Positions 31,382-41,513 of a DNA stretch of 64,000 nucleotides are shown piece after piece. The DNA lies in the IMG/VR virus record IMGVR_UViG_3300037067_001516; one strand, written 5' to 3'. This DNA is from a virus. Its lineage: Duplodnaviria; Heunggongvirae; Uroviricota; Caudoviricetes. Numbering within the stretch: the stretch's first letter is position 1; each line of letters opens with the position of its first letter. The notes beneath the pieces are model-generated. The model worked only from the letters and a program-made list of their open reading frames with translations. It searched no databases and was not told where the DNA came from. The position numbers were made by a program, and so were the translations under genes.

Positions 31382-31882
31382 ATGGGAAAGACATTTAAAG
31401 TTAGGATTAGAAAAACTTGTTTGGTCTGTCCTAACCCTGTGCCAAAAGGATTCAGAACATTTTGTTCTAAGAAATGTAGAACAAAAGATATTAACAACCG
31501 GCATTATAAAAGCCAAGTTGAATGGACACGTCGTAAGTTAGATAGAATAGCTAGCATACCTGACAGTAGAAAAGTTAAGTGTCTTATTTGCGGCAGATAT
31601 TATGAACAGGTAGGTACGCACATAGTACAACGTCATAAGATTACTGCTAGAAAATATAGAGAGCTGGAAAATCTTCCAGTTAAACGAGGTATCTTGCCAT
31701 TATGGCTTAGAAAAATAAAGGCTGATGCCGCAATACAAAACGGCACAGTAAATAATCTCATGGCAGGCAAGAAGAATCGTTATAAGAAGCACGATAAACG
31801 TGCAATTATTAATTCATTTTATAAAGGTAGATCTCAAGAGATGAAAAGATTATCTCAAGATATCTACCCACACAAAGTATGA
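31382..31882 (+). CDS. MucR/Ros-like C2H2 zinc-finger DNA-binding protein (166 aa)
   Basis: CLICGRYYEQVGTHIVQRHKITARKYRELENLP matches the Ros/MucR finger (CxxC...HxxxxH followed by YRxxW/LxLP). Confidence 0.5.
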   Translation: MGKTFKVRIRKTCLVCPNPVPKGFRTFCSKKCRTKDINNRHYKSQVEWTRRKLDRIASIPDSRKVKCLICGRYYEQVGTHIVQRHKITARKYRELENLPVKRGILPLWLRKIKADAAIQNGTVNNLMAGKKNRYKKHDKRAIINSFYKGRSQEMKRLSQDIYPHKV

Positions 31883-32167
31883 AAGAAGACACATACAGCT
31901 ATAAAGGTTGGCTGTTATCCGACAGTATAATCAAGAGAGCATTCGCGATTATGGGTCACTATTTTGTGGCCTATCTTATTATTATCTTGGGCATGTTTGT
32001 AATAGGTATACTGTTTGCTATAGGTATAGCTATGTCAGGCGTGTTTTTAAATTAATCTATGGTAGCACTTATAATGATAGCGAAGTTCTTAATCTTAGTT
32101 GCCGTGTTCTACGGCGTAGTTAGATTCATCGATTATAAATTTAATAAACTAAAGAAAAAATAATTCT

Positions 32168-33070
32168 ATGGACAAATTAATTAAATATGGCGTAGCAGCC
32201 ATCGTATGTATCGTATTGTTCTTTATCTTCAAACCGTTCGAGATCGTAGATGCTGGAAGTAAAGGTTTAAAGTTTAGAATGGGAGCTATTCAGAATGTAG
32301 TTCTCGATCAAGGATTTAATTGGAACGTTCCTTTCGTAGAAAAGATTAAAGAGATAACAATTAGACCTATTCAACTCGACGATAAGGTAGAGGTTGGGGC
32401 TAACGGTGCGATTACAAAAGATAATCAAACAATAGGAGCACAGATGACTATCTTCTATACGTATGATCAAAATAAATTAGTCAGTGTATATAAAGATTAC
32501 AGCGAAGATAAATTAAAAAGTATTATTAGTACGACATTAAAAGAAAGTTTTAAAGGAGTAGTTGGCAATTATACAATCTTTGAATTACCTGTTAAGCAAG
32601 ATGAAATCAGAAGCAAAATATTCGAACAGATTAAATCTAAGATGGCAGGTTATCCTATTAATATTACTGAATTAAAAACTACTAACTACGATTGGTCAGA
32701 TGACTTTGATAATCAGATCAAAGAAACTATGAACAAAAGTCAGCAAGTAAAACAAGCTGAGCAGGAACTTTTAATTACTCAACAGACTGCACAAAAGAAA
32801 GTTAAAGAAGCTGAAGCTGATAAGCAAGCTATGATTACTAGATCCGAAGGAGAAAAGGAAGCCATTAGATTGCAGGCTGAAGCTAAAGCTTTAGAGGGCG
32901 ATGGTATTAAAAAGTATAATGAATCTGTAGCTACTAACTGGGACATTGAATTAAAGAAAATACAATTACAAATTGAAATGACTAAGGCAGAGAAATGGAA
33001 TGGCCAGTATGTATCTACAAATAATTATACACCTATACCTTTAGAGACTGGATCTTTATTAGGTAGATAA
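32168..33070 (+). CDS. SPFH/band-7 (prohibitin-like) membrane protein
   Basis: N-terminal TM helix, then SPFH-like core (GSKGLKFRMGAIQNVVLDQGFNWNVPFVEKI...) and C-terminal coiled coil. Confidence 0.55.
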   Translation: MDKLIKYGVAAIVCIVLFFIFKPFEIVDAGSKGLKFRMGAIQNVVLDQGFNWNVPFVEKIKEITIRPIQLDDKVEVGANGAITKDNQTIGAQMTIFYTYDQNKLVSVYKDYSEDKLKSIISTTLKESFKGVVGNYTIFELPVKQDEIRSKIFEQIKSKMAGYPINITELKTTNYDWSDDFDNQIKETMNKSQQVKQAEQELLITQQTAQKKVKEAEADKQAMITRSEGEKEAIRLQAEAKALEGDGIKKYNESVATNWDIELKKIQLQIEMTKAEKWNGQYVSTNNYTPIPLETGSLLGR

Positions 33071-33088
33071 TTAAGTACAGTTAAATTT

Positions 33089-33853
33089 ATGATTAACAAA
33101 CTTAAAATCGAGATAGATAAGATGTGTTCTAGATATAAGATTCTTTTCTTAGAAAATAATGATGTGGCCGACAAGTTAAAAGAACTTGAAGATGAATTAT
33201 TGTTTATGCTTTCATCGTGTCTTAAATATAAGACAGGAAGAATAGAAATAAAAGGTGAAGTTAATATTGATAATAAGAATTTTGATGTTGAATATAATGA
33301 TTACACAGCAAAGGGAAGACAAGGTTGGCATTCCTTTTTTGTTACACGAGATCCGGGATTAAGACATTGTAGCTCTCATAATCATAGTGACTTTGATTTA
33401 TTTTCGAATGATACATTGTTTATGAATGGAGATGTATATTCGATGGCAGATGATGATAAGAAAGTATACTTATCCAGAGAAGTTCACTTCAACAGATTGG
33501 TGGATCTATCTAAGGAAACAAAGTATTGTAAGATCAATAAAGAATGTCTCGTTGAATTTAGATTCTGGTTGAGAAAAACAATGCAGTTCAAGAATGAAAT
33601 GTTAAAGTATTATAATTGTAGTTATAGCTATTCTCCTTCTGCTGGTAACTACGCTCCACGAATGATCTTGTCTAATGTTATTAATGAACTTAATGTTGAA
33701 TTAAAATTCGAATCATTAGGTAAGATAGAAAATTATCTTAAAGTTATAGCATTAGAGAAAGAAAATACTATAAAGAAATGTAATCATTATCTTCATTGCA
33801 TGAAGAAAATTAATAAAAACTTTAGAATTATTCTAAAGCTAAAAGAAAAATAA
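33089..33853 (+). CDS. hypothetical protein (254 aa), paralogue of 39820..40710
   Basis: Shares an N-terminal block (...LKYKTGRIEIKG...) with the 39820 ORF (...VKFKTGKVEITS...). Confidence 0.55.
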   Translation: MINKLKIEIDKMCSRYKILFLENNDVADKLKELEDELLFMLSSCLKYKTGRIEIKGEVNIDNKNFDVEYNDYTAKGRQGWHSFFVTRDPGLRHCSSHNHSDFDLFSNDTLFMNGDVYSMADDDKKVYLSREVHFNRLVDLSKETKYCKINKECLVEFRFWLRKTMQFKNEMLKYYNCSYSYSPSAGNYAPRMILSNVINELNVELKFESLGKIENYLKVIALEKENTIKKCNHYLHCMKKINKNFRIILKLKEK

Positions 33854-33856
33854 TTT

Positions 33857-34150
33857 ATGTCACAACCACTTGAAGAATTAACAATCAATGATTTCAAGTT
33901 TCTTAATGGAGATATTCTAAAGAAACTTGAGATAAGATTTAATAAAAATTCATCAGAGAAATTGTTTGCCAAAGCATATTTTGCTTTGCCTGGCGCTACT
34001 AAGCGTGATGATACAATGTTGGCAGTGTATCTATCTGGCAAAGATATGCAAGTAATCTTAAAGAAATTGTATGAATGGTATAACAATTTCTATCTTGCGA
34101 CTAATGCTTTCAGCAGATTAACTGCCGAGGCCATGAATAAAGTTGAATAA
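33857..34150 (+). CDS. hypothetical protein (97 aa)
   Basis: ORF. Confidence 0.5.
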   Translation: MSQPLEELTINDFKFLNGDILKKLEIRFNKNSSEKLFAKAYFALPGATKRDDTMLAVYLSGKDMQVILKKLYEWYNNFYLATNAFSRLTAEAMNKVE

Positions 34151-34154
34151 CTTT

Positions 34155-34310
34155 ATGAGATTTCTTTGTAGACAATGCGGTAAACCGCTTAAAGAAAATA
34201 CCCAGGGCAATCCTAAGTATTGCCAGGGACATAAATCTTCTTATAGCTTTAGGCTCGAGGAAGATTCTAATAAAGATTATAAAGAATCGTTGTCACAACA
34301 ACGATACTAA
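34155..34310 (+). CDS. small zinc-ribbon protein (51 aa)
   Basis: CRQCGK...YCQGH; fills an intergenic gap. Confidence 0.3.
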   Translation: MRFLCRQCGKPLKENTQGNPKYCQGHKSSYSFRLEEDSNKDYKESLSQQRY

Positions 34311-34320
34311 ATTAACATTT

Positions 34321-34818
34321 ATGAGAATTATTATCAAAGATAAAAGTTTAAATTTAAAAGTTAAGACTGATAGTTTAAAGTTGGCTGAGACTATCTTAAC
34401 ATTCTTGAGGAATGAATGTTCATCTAATATAGCGCAGAATTCTTTCAGAGCTGGCTTAGAGTTCGGAAAATTTGCTGATGCGCTGCGTAATATAAGAGCT
34501 AAAGAAAATGCTGAAGGTAATTCTAAAGATAGTATATCCAATACAGCTGCTGAAAAACCAGAAGCTAGCACAACTAGCATCAGCGTAGCAGGATCTGAAC
34601 TAAAGAAAAAAAGAAAAAATACTGAAGCAGTGGAATGGACTGATCAAGAAATTCTTTTTATAAAGAATAATTATGATGCAATGAAATCAAAGTACTTAAT
34701 AAAATCACCAGCATTGCAGAGACACACCGCTTCTGCGATACTTACAAAGCGTCATGCTATAAAGTATAAAAGAAAAAATATATTGTCCAAGAAACATTTT
34801 GAATTAATATCTAAATAG
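34321..34818 (+). CDS. hypothetical protein (165 aa)
   Basis: ORF. Confidence 0.5.
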   Translation: MRIIIKDKSLNLKVKTDSLKLAETILTFLRNECSSNIAQNSFRAGLEFGKFADALRNIRAKENAEGNSKDSISNTAAEKPEASTTSISVAGSELKKKRKNTEAVEWTDQEILFIKNNYDAMKSKYLIKSPALQRHTASAILTKRHAIKYKRKNILSKKHFELISK

Positions 34819-34819
34819 C

Positions 34820-35203
34820 ATGAATGATCTTCAAAATCTAGTTACAATAATTGATAAGCTTCATGAGTCTGGAATACATTTTGAATCTAAAGTTAAATTT
34901 ATATCTAGGTTTAATGTTCTGGATAATAAAAATATTGTGCTGGATGCACTGGCAAAGTTGCTGGAAGTACAGAAGGATAAAACAAAATCGCCGTATTATA
35001 ATGGTTCATTCAGCAACTTAGAGGATGTATTCCAGTTTACTGATTCTAATAAGATTAATGTTAAATTAAGATACGGATTTACTTATGCGATACTTTGCGA
35101 TGGTTGCGGTATGAAAAAACATGTATCAATTAATTGTGTAAGCAATATTATTCCTAAATACTGCGAAGATTGTCAGGATAAATATCATGATCAAGGAAGT
35201 TAA
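34820..35203 (+). CDS. hypothetical protein with C-terminal Cys cluster (127 aa)
   Basis: ORF; CDGCG...CEDCQ. Confidence 0.5.
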   Translation: MNDLQNLVTIIDKLHESGIHFESKVKFISRFNVLDNKNIVLDALAKLLEVQKDKTKSPYYNGSFSNLEDVFQFTDSNKINVKLRYGFTYAILCDGCGMKKHVSINCVSNIIPKYCEDCQDKYHDQGS

Positions 35204-35224
35204 AATTTAATTAGATTAGTTTCT

Positions 35225-35434
35225 ATGATAACTAATTATAAAAATCGTAAAGCTGTTCCGATAGAAATCTCAACGATGGAGAATGATCACCTTATAAATT
35301 CATATCATTACTTTAGAAAGAAAAGATATGAATGGGAAAAGAAAGATAAGAGTGGCGAAGAAATCTTAAGGTTGTCATTATTAATAACGGCCTTAAGAGT
35401 TGAGATTGATAGACGACACTTGTTCGATTTCTAA
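35225..35434 (+). CDS. hypothetical protein (69 aa)
   Basis: ORF. Confidence 0.4.
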   Translation: MITNYKNRKAVPIEISTMENDHLINSYHYFRKKRYEWEKKDKSGEEILRLSLLITALRVEIDRRHLFDF

Positions 35435-35440
35435 AAGCAT

Positions 35441-35677
35441 ATGGGTAGTATAAAAAAGTTACTAGCCAGAGTCTTTAATACTTGTGAGTGTTGCGGCAAA
35501 AAGATGAAGCCAGATGATATGAAGTATAATATAATGTTAGAGACATGGATAGACCCAAAACATAAATCAGGACATGAATGCATTGTATGTTTTGAATGTG
35601 TAGCAAACTTTAAGATGTACGATCTAGTATCAAAAGTTAATGTAATTAGAAAATTAAAAGATACTAGTAACGAATAA
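35441..35677 (+). CDS. zinc-ribbon protein (78 aa)
   Basis: CECCGK...CIVCFEC. Confidence 0.45.
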   Translation: MGSIKKLLARVFNTCECCGKKMKPDDMKYNIMLETWIDPKHKSGHECIVCFECVANFKMYDLVSKVNVIRKLKDTSNE

Positions 35678-35681
35678 ATTT

Positions 35682-36302
35682 ATGATAGATAAACATGAAC
35701 AAATGAAACAAGTCCGCGACGATATTGTATCTTGTAAAGCTTGTGGATTGTGTGCGACGAGGACACTGCCAGTTATAGGCAGAGGGAATCATGATGCAAG
35801 AATATTATTCGTAGGCGAAGCACCAGGAGAGAATGAAGACAAGCAAGGTATTCCATTCATCGGTAAGGCCGGTATAATGCTGGATAAACTTTTAGCAAAA
35901 GCAAAGATAGATACGAAAGATATCTATATTTGCAATGTAATAAAGTGTAGGCCGCCAGAGAATCGTGATCCTGATGATAACGAAAAGTTATCTTGTCTAA
36001 AGTTTTTAACAAGACAAATAGAAATTATTAAACCTAATGTTATTGTTTGTCTTGGAAAACATGCTGCGTCTACAGTGTTTCTATTGTTTGGTATAACAGA
36101 TAAAGTAATTAGTATGTCTACTATGCATGGTAAGATGTATGAACCAGATAACACATTTAAGAATATGGCCATGCTTGTTGGCGATATTTCTAGTGCTTCT
36201 GTAAAAATCTGTGTAGTGTATCATCCTGCTGCGTTGTTATACAATGGAGCATTGATACAAGAAACAGAAAAAGATTTTGAGAACATTAAGAAATATATTT
36301 AA
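35682..36302 (+). CDS. uracil-DNA glycosylase, family 4 (Fe-S type)
   Basis: CKACGLC N-terminal cluster; GEAPGENEDKQGIPFIGKAGIMLDKLL is the family-4 UDG signature; HP...Y C-terminal motif. Confidence 0.7.
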   Translation: MIDKHEQMKQVRDDIVSCKACGLCATRTLPVIGRGNHDARILFVGEAPGENEDKQGIPFIGKAGIMLDKLLAKAKIDTKDIYICNVIKCRPPENRDPDDNEKLSCLKFLTRQIEIIKPNVIVCLGKHAASTVFLLFGITDKVISMSTMHGKMYEPDNTFKNMAMLVGDISSASVKICVVYHPAALLYNGALIQETEKDFENIKKYI

Positions 36303-36359
36303 CAGCCAGTAACCAAGTGTTTCCCGGGCAGGGAAACCCTTGGTTCTGTCTTTACAACT

Positions 36360-36584
36360 ATGCGGTCAATAGGAAAGAAGAATATAAAGTTAGTACATGA
36401 TATGGCGATAGAATTTTTCGATAGACATAAACATCTTGAACATTATTCTGATGATGATATAGTGTCTGTTGTCGCGGCAAAAGTTCCAGATGCTATATGG
36501 GACAGATGGGAAGGAGCTTATGAAGAAATTAATCGCATCATACAAGATGCTAAATTAGAATATGATAGACAAAACAAAGCGTGA
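36360..36584 (+). CDS. hypothetical protein (74 aa)
   Basis: ORF. Confidence 0.4.
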   Translation: MRSIGKKNIKLVHDMAIEFFDRHKHLEHYSDDDIVSVVAAKVPDAIWDRWEGAYEEINRIIQDAKLEYDRQNKA

Positions 36585-36798
36585 TTGGATATCAAAACGA
36601 TTTAAACTATTAGTCTTTGAAAGATTTGGAATCAAGGCAAATGATCTAGATTTAAAGTTAATTGAATCTTGTATAGAGATCTCAGAACATTGGGCTAGTG
36701 TTAATCGTTTTAACCAAGAAGATAAATGGCACGTATGTGTCATAGATTCTATAATTAATTGCAGGCTCGATACTCTTGAGCCTCTTTATAAAAAATAA
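36562..36798 (+). CDS. hypothetical protein (78 aa)
   Basis: ORF. Confidence 0.4.
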   Translation: MIDKTKRDWISKRFKLLVFERFGIKANDLDLKLIESCIEISEHWASVNRFNQEDKWHVCVIDSIINCRLDTLEPLYKK

Positions 36799-36801
36799 AT
36801 T

Positions 36802-37944
36802 ATGACGGAGAAAAACAATACGTTAGAACAAGTTAATCTAACACAACTTAAAAGTTTGTTACCTGCTTTCATGAAATCAAAGACACCTTTGTATCTTTGG
36901 GGACGTCCGTCAACTGGGAAGACTTCAATCATCAGACAGTTTGCCCAGGAACAAGCAGGAAAGTTGGGACTTAGATATTCTGAAGATGAATATGGTAAGG
37001 ATATCTTTACTCTTAAGGTAATAACCTTGAGTCAATTCGATTCACCAGATCTTAGAGGTATGCCTCAAGTTGTTATCGATGAAAAAGATAAAGCAAAATC
37101 TTATACAGAGTTTGTTCCTACTGCTGAGCTACCAAGGATCGGCCAAGGTATATTGTTCTTTGATGAAATGAATTTAGCAGATGATACAACTCGTGCTGCG
37201 TGTTATCAGATTATATTAGAGGGTAGGTATGGTTCTTTACCAGCGGTTGTTGATGCTAATGGCAATCAAACTTTCTGGAGAGTGGCCGCTTCTAATACTG
37301 AGAATGATTTCTGTTCTGTTAATGTATCATCTCTGGCCTTGCTTAGAAGATTCAGTCATCTATCTGTTATGCCTGAGCATAAAGAAGTAATCGACTATTT
37401 CATTAAACAAGGTATAGATTTCAGGATACCTGCATATCTATCTAGTTTCTCTGAAGATTTATTTCCTCAGAAGTTTGATGAAAAACTTGTAGATAATAAA
37501 GCTAATCCATTCCCATCTACTTGGCAGTCATTAGGGATTATGATGGATAAGATGACTGATATAGATCTCATCTATAAGTTAGCTGCTTCGTGTGTTGGCA
37601 CGCCAGTAGCTGCTAAGTTTCAATCGTTCGTGAGGATGATGGGTAAGTTAGATATAGATAAGATTCTTAAAGATCCTGAAAAAGAAATCAGTGATATCAA
37701 AAAGTTACCAGAGAAAGCTTCGATGCTTTATGCTGTTGTGTATAGCATAGGAAACTCATGGATCAAGAAAGAAAAGCATCTTAAAGCTCCGGTTATGATA
37801 AAGCTTGCTGAAGCATTGCCACCAGAGTTTGCTGTTACATTTGCATCTATCTTGTTGTCGACAAGAAGATCATCTGAGTTAACAGCTGAACCTACATTCC
37901 ATAAATTCTTAACTAAGATCGGAGTGTTCTTCGATTCTATTTAA
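36802..37944 (+). CDS. MoxR-like AAA+ ATPase
   Basis: Walker A LWGRPSTGKTS, Walker B ILFFDEMN, downstream arginine-finger region; 380 aa with a C-terminal extension. Confidence 0.65.
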   Translation: MTEKNNTLEQVNLTQLKSLLPAFMKSKTPLYLWGRPSTGKTSIIRQFAQEQAGKLGLRYSEDEYGKDIFTLKVITLSQFDSPDLRGMPQVVIDEKDKAKSYTEFVPTAELPRIGQGILFFDEMNLADDTTRAACYQIILEGRYGSLPAVVDANGNQTFWRVAASNTENDFCSVNVSSLALLRRFSHLSVMPEHKEVIDYFIKQGIDFRIPAYLSSFSEDLFPQKFDEKLVDNKANPFPSTWQSLGIMMDKMTDIDLIYKLAASCVGTPVAAKFQSFVRMMGKLDIDKILKDPEKEISDIKKLPEKASMLYAVVYSIGNSWIKKEKHLKAPVMIKLAEALPPEFAVTFASILLSTRRSSELTAEPTFHKFLTKIGVFFDSI

Positions 37945-37945
37945 T

Positions 37946-38305
37946 ATGGCAGAAGAAAAAAAAGAAGTAGTTAGAACAATTTATCACATAATAATTGGAT
38001 CAAACGAATATCTTGCGACGTATGATAAAGCTAAGGCGTTGGAATTGTGGAATCTTTTGTCTGATAATTTCTTTCGAATAGCTAGAGAAGGTAATTCTTA
38101 TACTTCGAGATACGATATGGAAAGAGCAAATAAAGATCATAGTATGTTTATGTATGAAGGTGAAATCTCAGAAAGCGGTACAGTTCTAGGAAGTATAAAT
38201 ATGTATCTTTATCCTGATGCAGTATCTGCTAGAAAAGCTAAGAATGCTTTTGAAAAGATGAAAGAAGTTAAGCCAACTGGAGAAACAGAGTCATCGCCAT
38301 TTTAA
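37946..38305 (+). CDS. hypothetical protein (119 aa) between the MoxR and VWA genes
   Basis: ORF starts 2 nt after the MoxR stop. Confidence 0.5.
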   Translation: MAEEKKEVVRTIYHIIIGSNEYLATYDKAKALELWNLLSDNFFRIAREGNSYTSRYDMERANKDHSMFMYEGEISESGTVLGSINMYLYPDAVSARKAKNAFEKMKEVKPTGETESSPF

Positions 38306-38308
38306 TTT

Positions 38309-38587
38309 ATGGTTAGTTTAGAAGAAACATTAATATCACGTGGCAAGAATACTTATCTAGTACATATGTTCCGAACAACAATGGATAGTCACTTTACTAT
38401 TTTATGTTACAGAGAAGACCCATTAGGAGGTTTGACTATAACTATAAATAATAAAGTTAGAACTTTTATTTTGTTAAGATATATAAAAGTTTATGAATAT
38501 ACTTCTGATCAAAAGTTGGCAGCGTATGTACAATATAATAGATTAGTTTCTATGTTCCGTGAACATAAAGTCTATGATGAATCTTGA
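38309..38587 (+). CDS. hypothetical protein (92 aa)
   Basis: ORF. Confidence 0.45.
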   Translation: MVSLEETLISRGKNTYLVHMFRTTMDSHFTILCYREDPLGGLTITINNKVRTFILLRYIKVYEYTSDQKLAAYVQYNRLVSMFREHKVYDES

Positions 38588-39776
38588 AGATCGCCTTACT
38601 AAGGCGAAGATATTTCTTATAACTAATAAAGACTGGGCATGGTTCGGACAGTTGTCATGTTATCTGACGTTCTATGAGAACGATACAGTACCAACCGCCG
38701 CGGTAGATCTGAATGGTAATCTTTATTATAATAAGAAATGGTTCGAAGAATTAACAGATGACAATTTAAGAGCAGTATTATGCCATGAAATACTGCATCT
38801 AGCGTTCAGACATCTTGATAGATTATCCTATAGAGATCAAAAGTTATGGAATGTAGCTTGTGATCTTAAAGTCAATGAAGAAATCAAGGGTCGGGCGGAC
38901 ATGATGCTTACTAAAGGTGCGCTTATTGCTGAAGAATACAGTAATGCATGGAAAGTTAATGTCGGTAAAAAATCTTTACGAGTTACAGATATAAATGAAA
39001 AGACATCTGATCAAATTTATTTTGAATTAAGAAAACATTTACCAAAAGAATTTGATTATGAGTGTGACTTAATCATGCCGGCTGGAAGCAAACAGGAAGA
39101 AGAAGAACTAAAGAAAAAAGGGTTCTCTCCTGTAGGTACTGATCAAGCAAGTAGACTGGCCAAGGATTGGCAAGGTAGAGTCTTCTCTGCTACACAACAG
39201 TCACGTGGTAGTTCACCAGCTGGTGTTCTCAGGGAAATATATAAGTTAGAAAATTCAGAGTTACCTTGGGGCCAGATACTGCGTCAGCGTTTCAGACGAA
39301 TGGCGATACAACATAAGTGGGAGAAGCCAAGTAAAAGATACTTTCCAAGGTTTTACTTTCCAGGTAGAACAAAGGCCAACGGTATCAAAGTAGTCGCGGC
39401 TATAGATACTTCAGGTTCTATGTCGCAGGCTCAGATAACTAAAGCTATTTCTGAACTGTATGGATTAGCCAGAGCATTTCAATTCTTAGAACTATGGGTT
39501 ACAGATTGTGATGCTCAAGTATACGAAGCTAAGAAAGTTAAGGCGGAAGATTTATCCAGGTTACTTCTTAAAGGAGGTGGAGGCACGGACTTTAGACCAG
39601 TATTCAAATGGATAAAAGAAAAGTTCGATGATAGAATAGATTCGTTAGTATTCTTTACTGATTGTGATGGAGAGTTTCCAAAAGATAAATCTCAGTATGA
39701 AACATTTTGGATAACTGATTCAGTAAATGCAAAGATACCGTTCGGTAGAAAACTGATTGTATCTCAGGATAACTAA
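38559..39776 (+). CDS. VWA-domain protein with N-terminal HExxH putative metallopeptidase domain (DUF2201-like MoxR partner)
   Basis: CHEILHLAFRH (HExxH); VAAIDTSGSMS (MIDAS DxSxS); arrangement matches the bacterial MoxR-VWA two-gene modules. Confidence 0.6.
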   Translation: MNIKSMMNLEDRLTKAKIFLITNKDWAWFGQLSCYLTFYENDTVPTAAVDLNGNLYYNKKWFEELTDDNLRAVLCHEILHLAFRHLDRLSYRDQKLWNVACDLKVNEEIKGRADMMLTKGALIAEEYSNAWKVNVGKKSLRVTDINEKTSDQIYFELRKHLPKEFDYECDLIMPAGSKQEEEELKKKGFSPVGTDQASRLAKDWQGRVFSATQQSRGSSPAGVLREIYKLENSELPWGQILRQRFRRMAIQHKWEKPSKRYFPRFYFPGRTKANGIKVVAAIDTSGSMSQAQITKAISELYGLARAFQFLELWVTDCDAQVYEAKKVKAEDLSRLLLKGGGGTDFRPVFKWIKEKFDDRIDSLVFFTDCDGEFPKDKSQYETFWITDSVNAKIPFGRKLIVSQDN

Positions 39777-39819
39777 TTAATACGCGGGGCTGGGTAACTC
39801 TAGCCCCGCTTGTTTTATT

Positions 39820-40710
39820 ATGAAAGAAATATTACAAACTGTTTTTACTTCGAAGGAAACGTATAGATCTAATCAGTTAAAATTTTTCAAAGAGTTAGAT
39901 AGAAGATATAAGAATGTCATGCACTTGAAGTTCACCAATCTTATAGAAAGATTAGAAGAAGAAATGAAATATCTTTTAGCTTCTACTGTAAAATTTAAAA
40001 CTGGTAAAGTAGAGATAACATCAATACAAAGATATAATTCTGATACGTCTAAAGTTTATGTTCAACAAGTACCGGCCATACATTATAAATACAGCAGCGG
40101 TGATGAAATAAAATTCTTTACAGAAGATTCAGGACTCTCTGACAAAGATGATTTGATAAGAGATATCAAAGATAAAAAACAAACGATTATGTTGGGGCTG
40201 TCAGAACTTAGAAATTTTTCTAGTACAATAGATCAAGTTAGGCTTGATGTATTCTTTAAATATCTTCGTGAATTAATGGTTGTTAAGAACAGAATATATT
40301 CTAAGTTTAAAGAACCACAAGCTTATGGATATGGGTATGAACATTTTAAAGATGGAGTAGGGACATCAAGCTTTATACTTGATGGTTTGTTTATGTCTAT
40401 AGACGATGAGAGATTCGATTTTTCTTTAGTAAAAAGAAATGATAGTAAGATTACATTAGATGAAAATACAAATGTAAATGATTGTTTAGACTTTGCAATT
40501 CGTGGTTATAGTAGAACAAACGGCCCGCAGTATGAAAAAAATCTTCAGATTATTTTAGGATTAATGATAAAGAACTATGATAAAATAATAAAGATTCTAG
40601 ACGATGTTGAATCCGAAAAGATAAAGTTGCTGTCTATTACTGATACTTTTATAGCTGGGATTAAACAGTATACTATACCGTTTAAAGTTATGAAGAAATT
40701 AAAAAATTAA
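39820..40710 (+). CDS. hypothetical protein (296 aa), paralogue of 33089..33853
   Basis: Shared N-terminal block; see 33089. Confidence 0.55.
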   Translation: MKEILQTVFTSKETYRSNQLKFFKELDRRYKNVMHLKFTNLIERLEEEMKYLLASTVKFKTGKVEITSIQRYNSDTSKVYVQQVPAIHYKYSSGDEIKFFTEDSGLSDKDDLIRDIKDKKQTIMLGLSELRNFSSTIDQVRLDVFFKYLRELMVVKNRIYSKFKEPQAYGYGYEHFKDGVGTSSFILDGLFMSIDDERFDFSLVKRNDSKITLDENTNVNDCLDFAIRGYSRTNGPQYEKNLQIILGLMIKNYDKIIKILDDVESEKIKLLSITDTFIAGIKQYTIPFKVMKKLKN

Positions 40711-40714
40711 TATT

Positions 40715-41509
40715 ATGGATAAAAATTTGTATGATTCTATCTTAAAGATTGGTACAGATATTGAGAAGACACAGGCGGCAATAACTGTACTGAATTCTAC
40801 AAGTCGTGACCAGTTAAATGATTTGATTCAATCTATTAGAATATTGTTTGATGTAGGTATAGCAGATAGTCCAGAAAGAATAACAGAAATATTTCAGTTC
40901 GAATCTTATAATGATTATAAGTTGTCGTTGTTGTATGAACATTGGCAGATATATCTGGCATCTATTGTGAAGACAAAGCAAACTATTAAGCTGGATACTA
41001 GTAACAATTTATCTGTCCATCATCTGTTTGGTTTGAAAAAACATAGATGTTGGTCGGCGTTCAATTTGTTTTCAAGTACTACGTATGCTCGTTCTTCTGT
41101 AGATTACCCTAAGTTTACAGAAAATAAAGTTCTTGAATGTACTAACCAAACATTCTATGATTTGGGAAAAATGTTTTCCAATAAACATATTGATCAGACA
41201 AAACTTCCAGAGTTATTTGAGTTGACTTCGGACATTTGTAAATTAACTGTGGAGAAAAAAAGTTTGTTATCTAATGTAGGTATTAAGACATCGTTTGATT
41301 TTGTTAAAGATCTTGCCAGTGATTATCATCGTGTAGATTTTGTATCGCAGATTAAAAAGATCCCGGAATATTATGACATATATACTGATAGTGTTGGTAA
41401 ATTTCAAGCTATAGATAACAAGAAGAAGTCTCTTGAAGATAAATGGGATCTGATAAATAAGAATTATAAACTTTTTATTAAGTTAAGTAATAAACATCTT
41501 AAGATGTAA
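40715..41509 (+). CDS. hypothetical protein (264 aa)
   Basis: ORF. Confidence 0.55.
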   Translation: MDKNLYDSILKIGTDIEKTQAAITVLNSTSRDQLNDLIQSIRILFDVGIADSPERITEIFQFESYNDYKLSLLYEHWQIYLASIVKTKQTIKLDTSNNLSVHHLFGLKKHRCWSAFNLFSSTTYARSSVDYPKFTENKVLECTNQTFYDLGKMFSNKHIDQTKLPELFELTSDICKLTVEKKSLLSNVGIKTSFDFVKDLASDYHRVDFVSQIKKIPEYYDIYTDSVGKFQAIDNKKKSLEDKWDLINKNYKLFIKLSNKHLKM

Positions 41510-41513
41510 ACAT

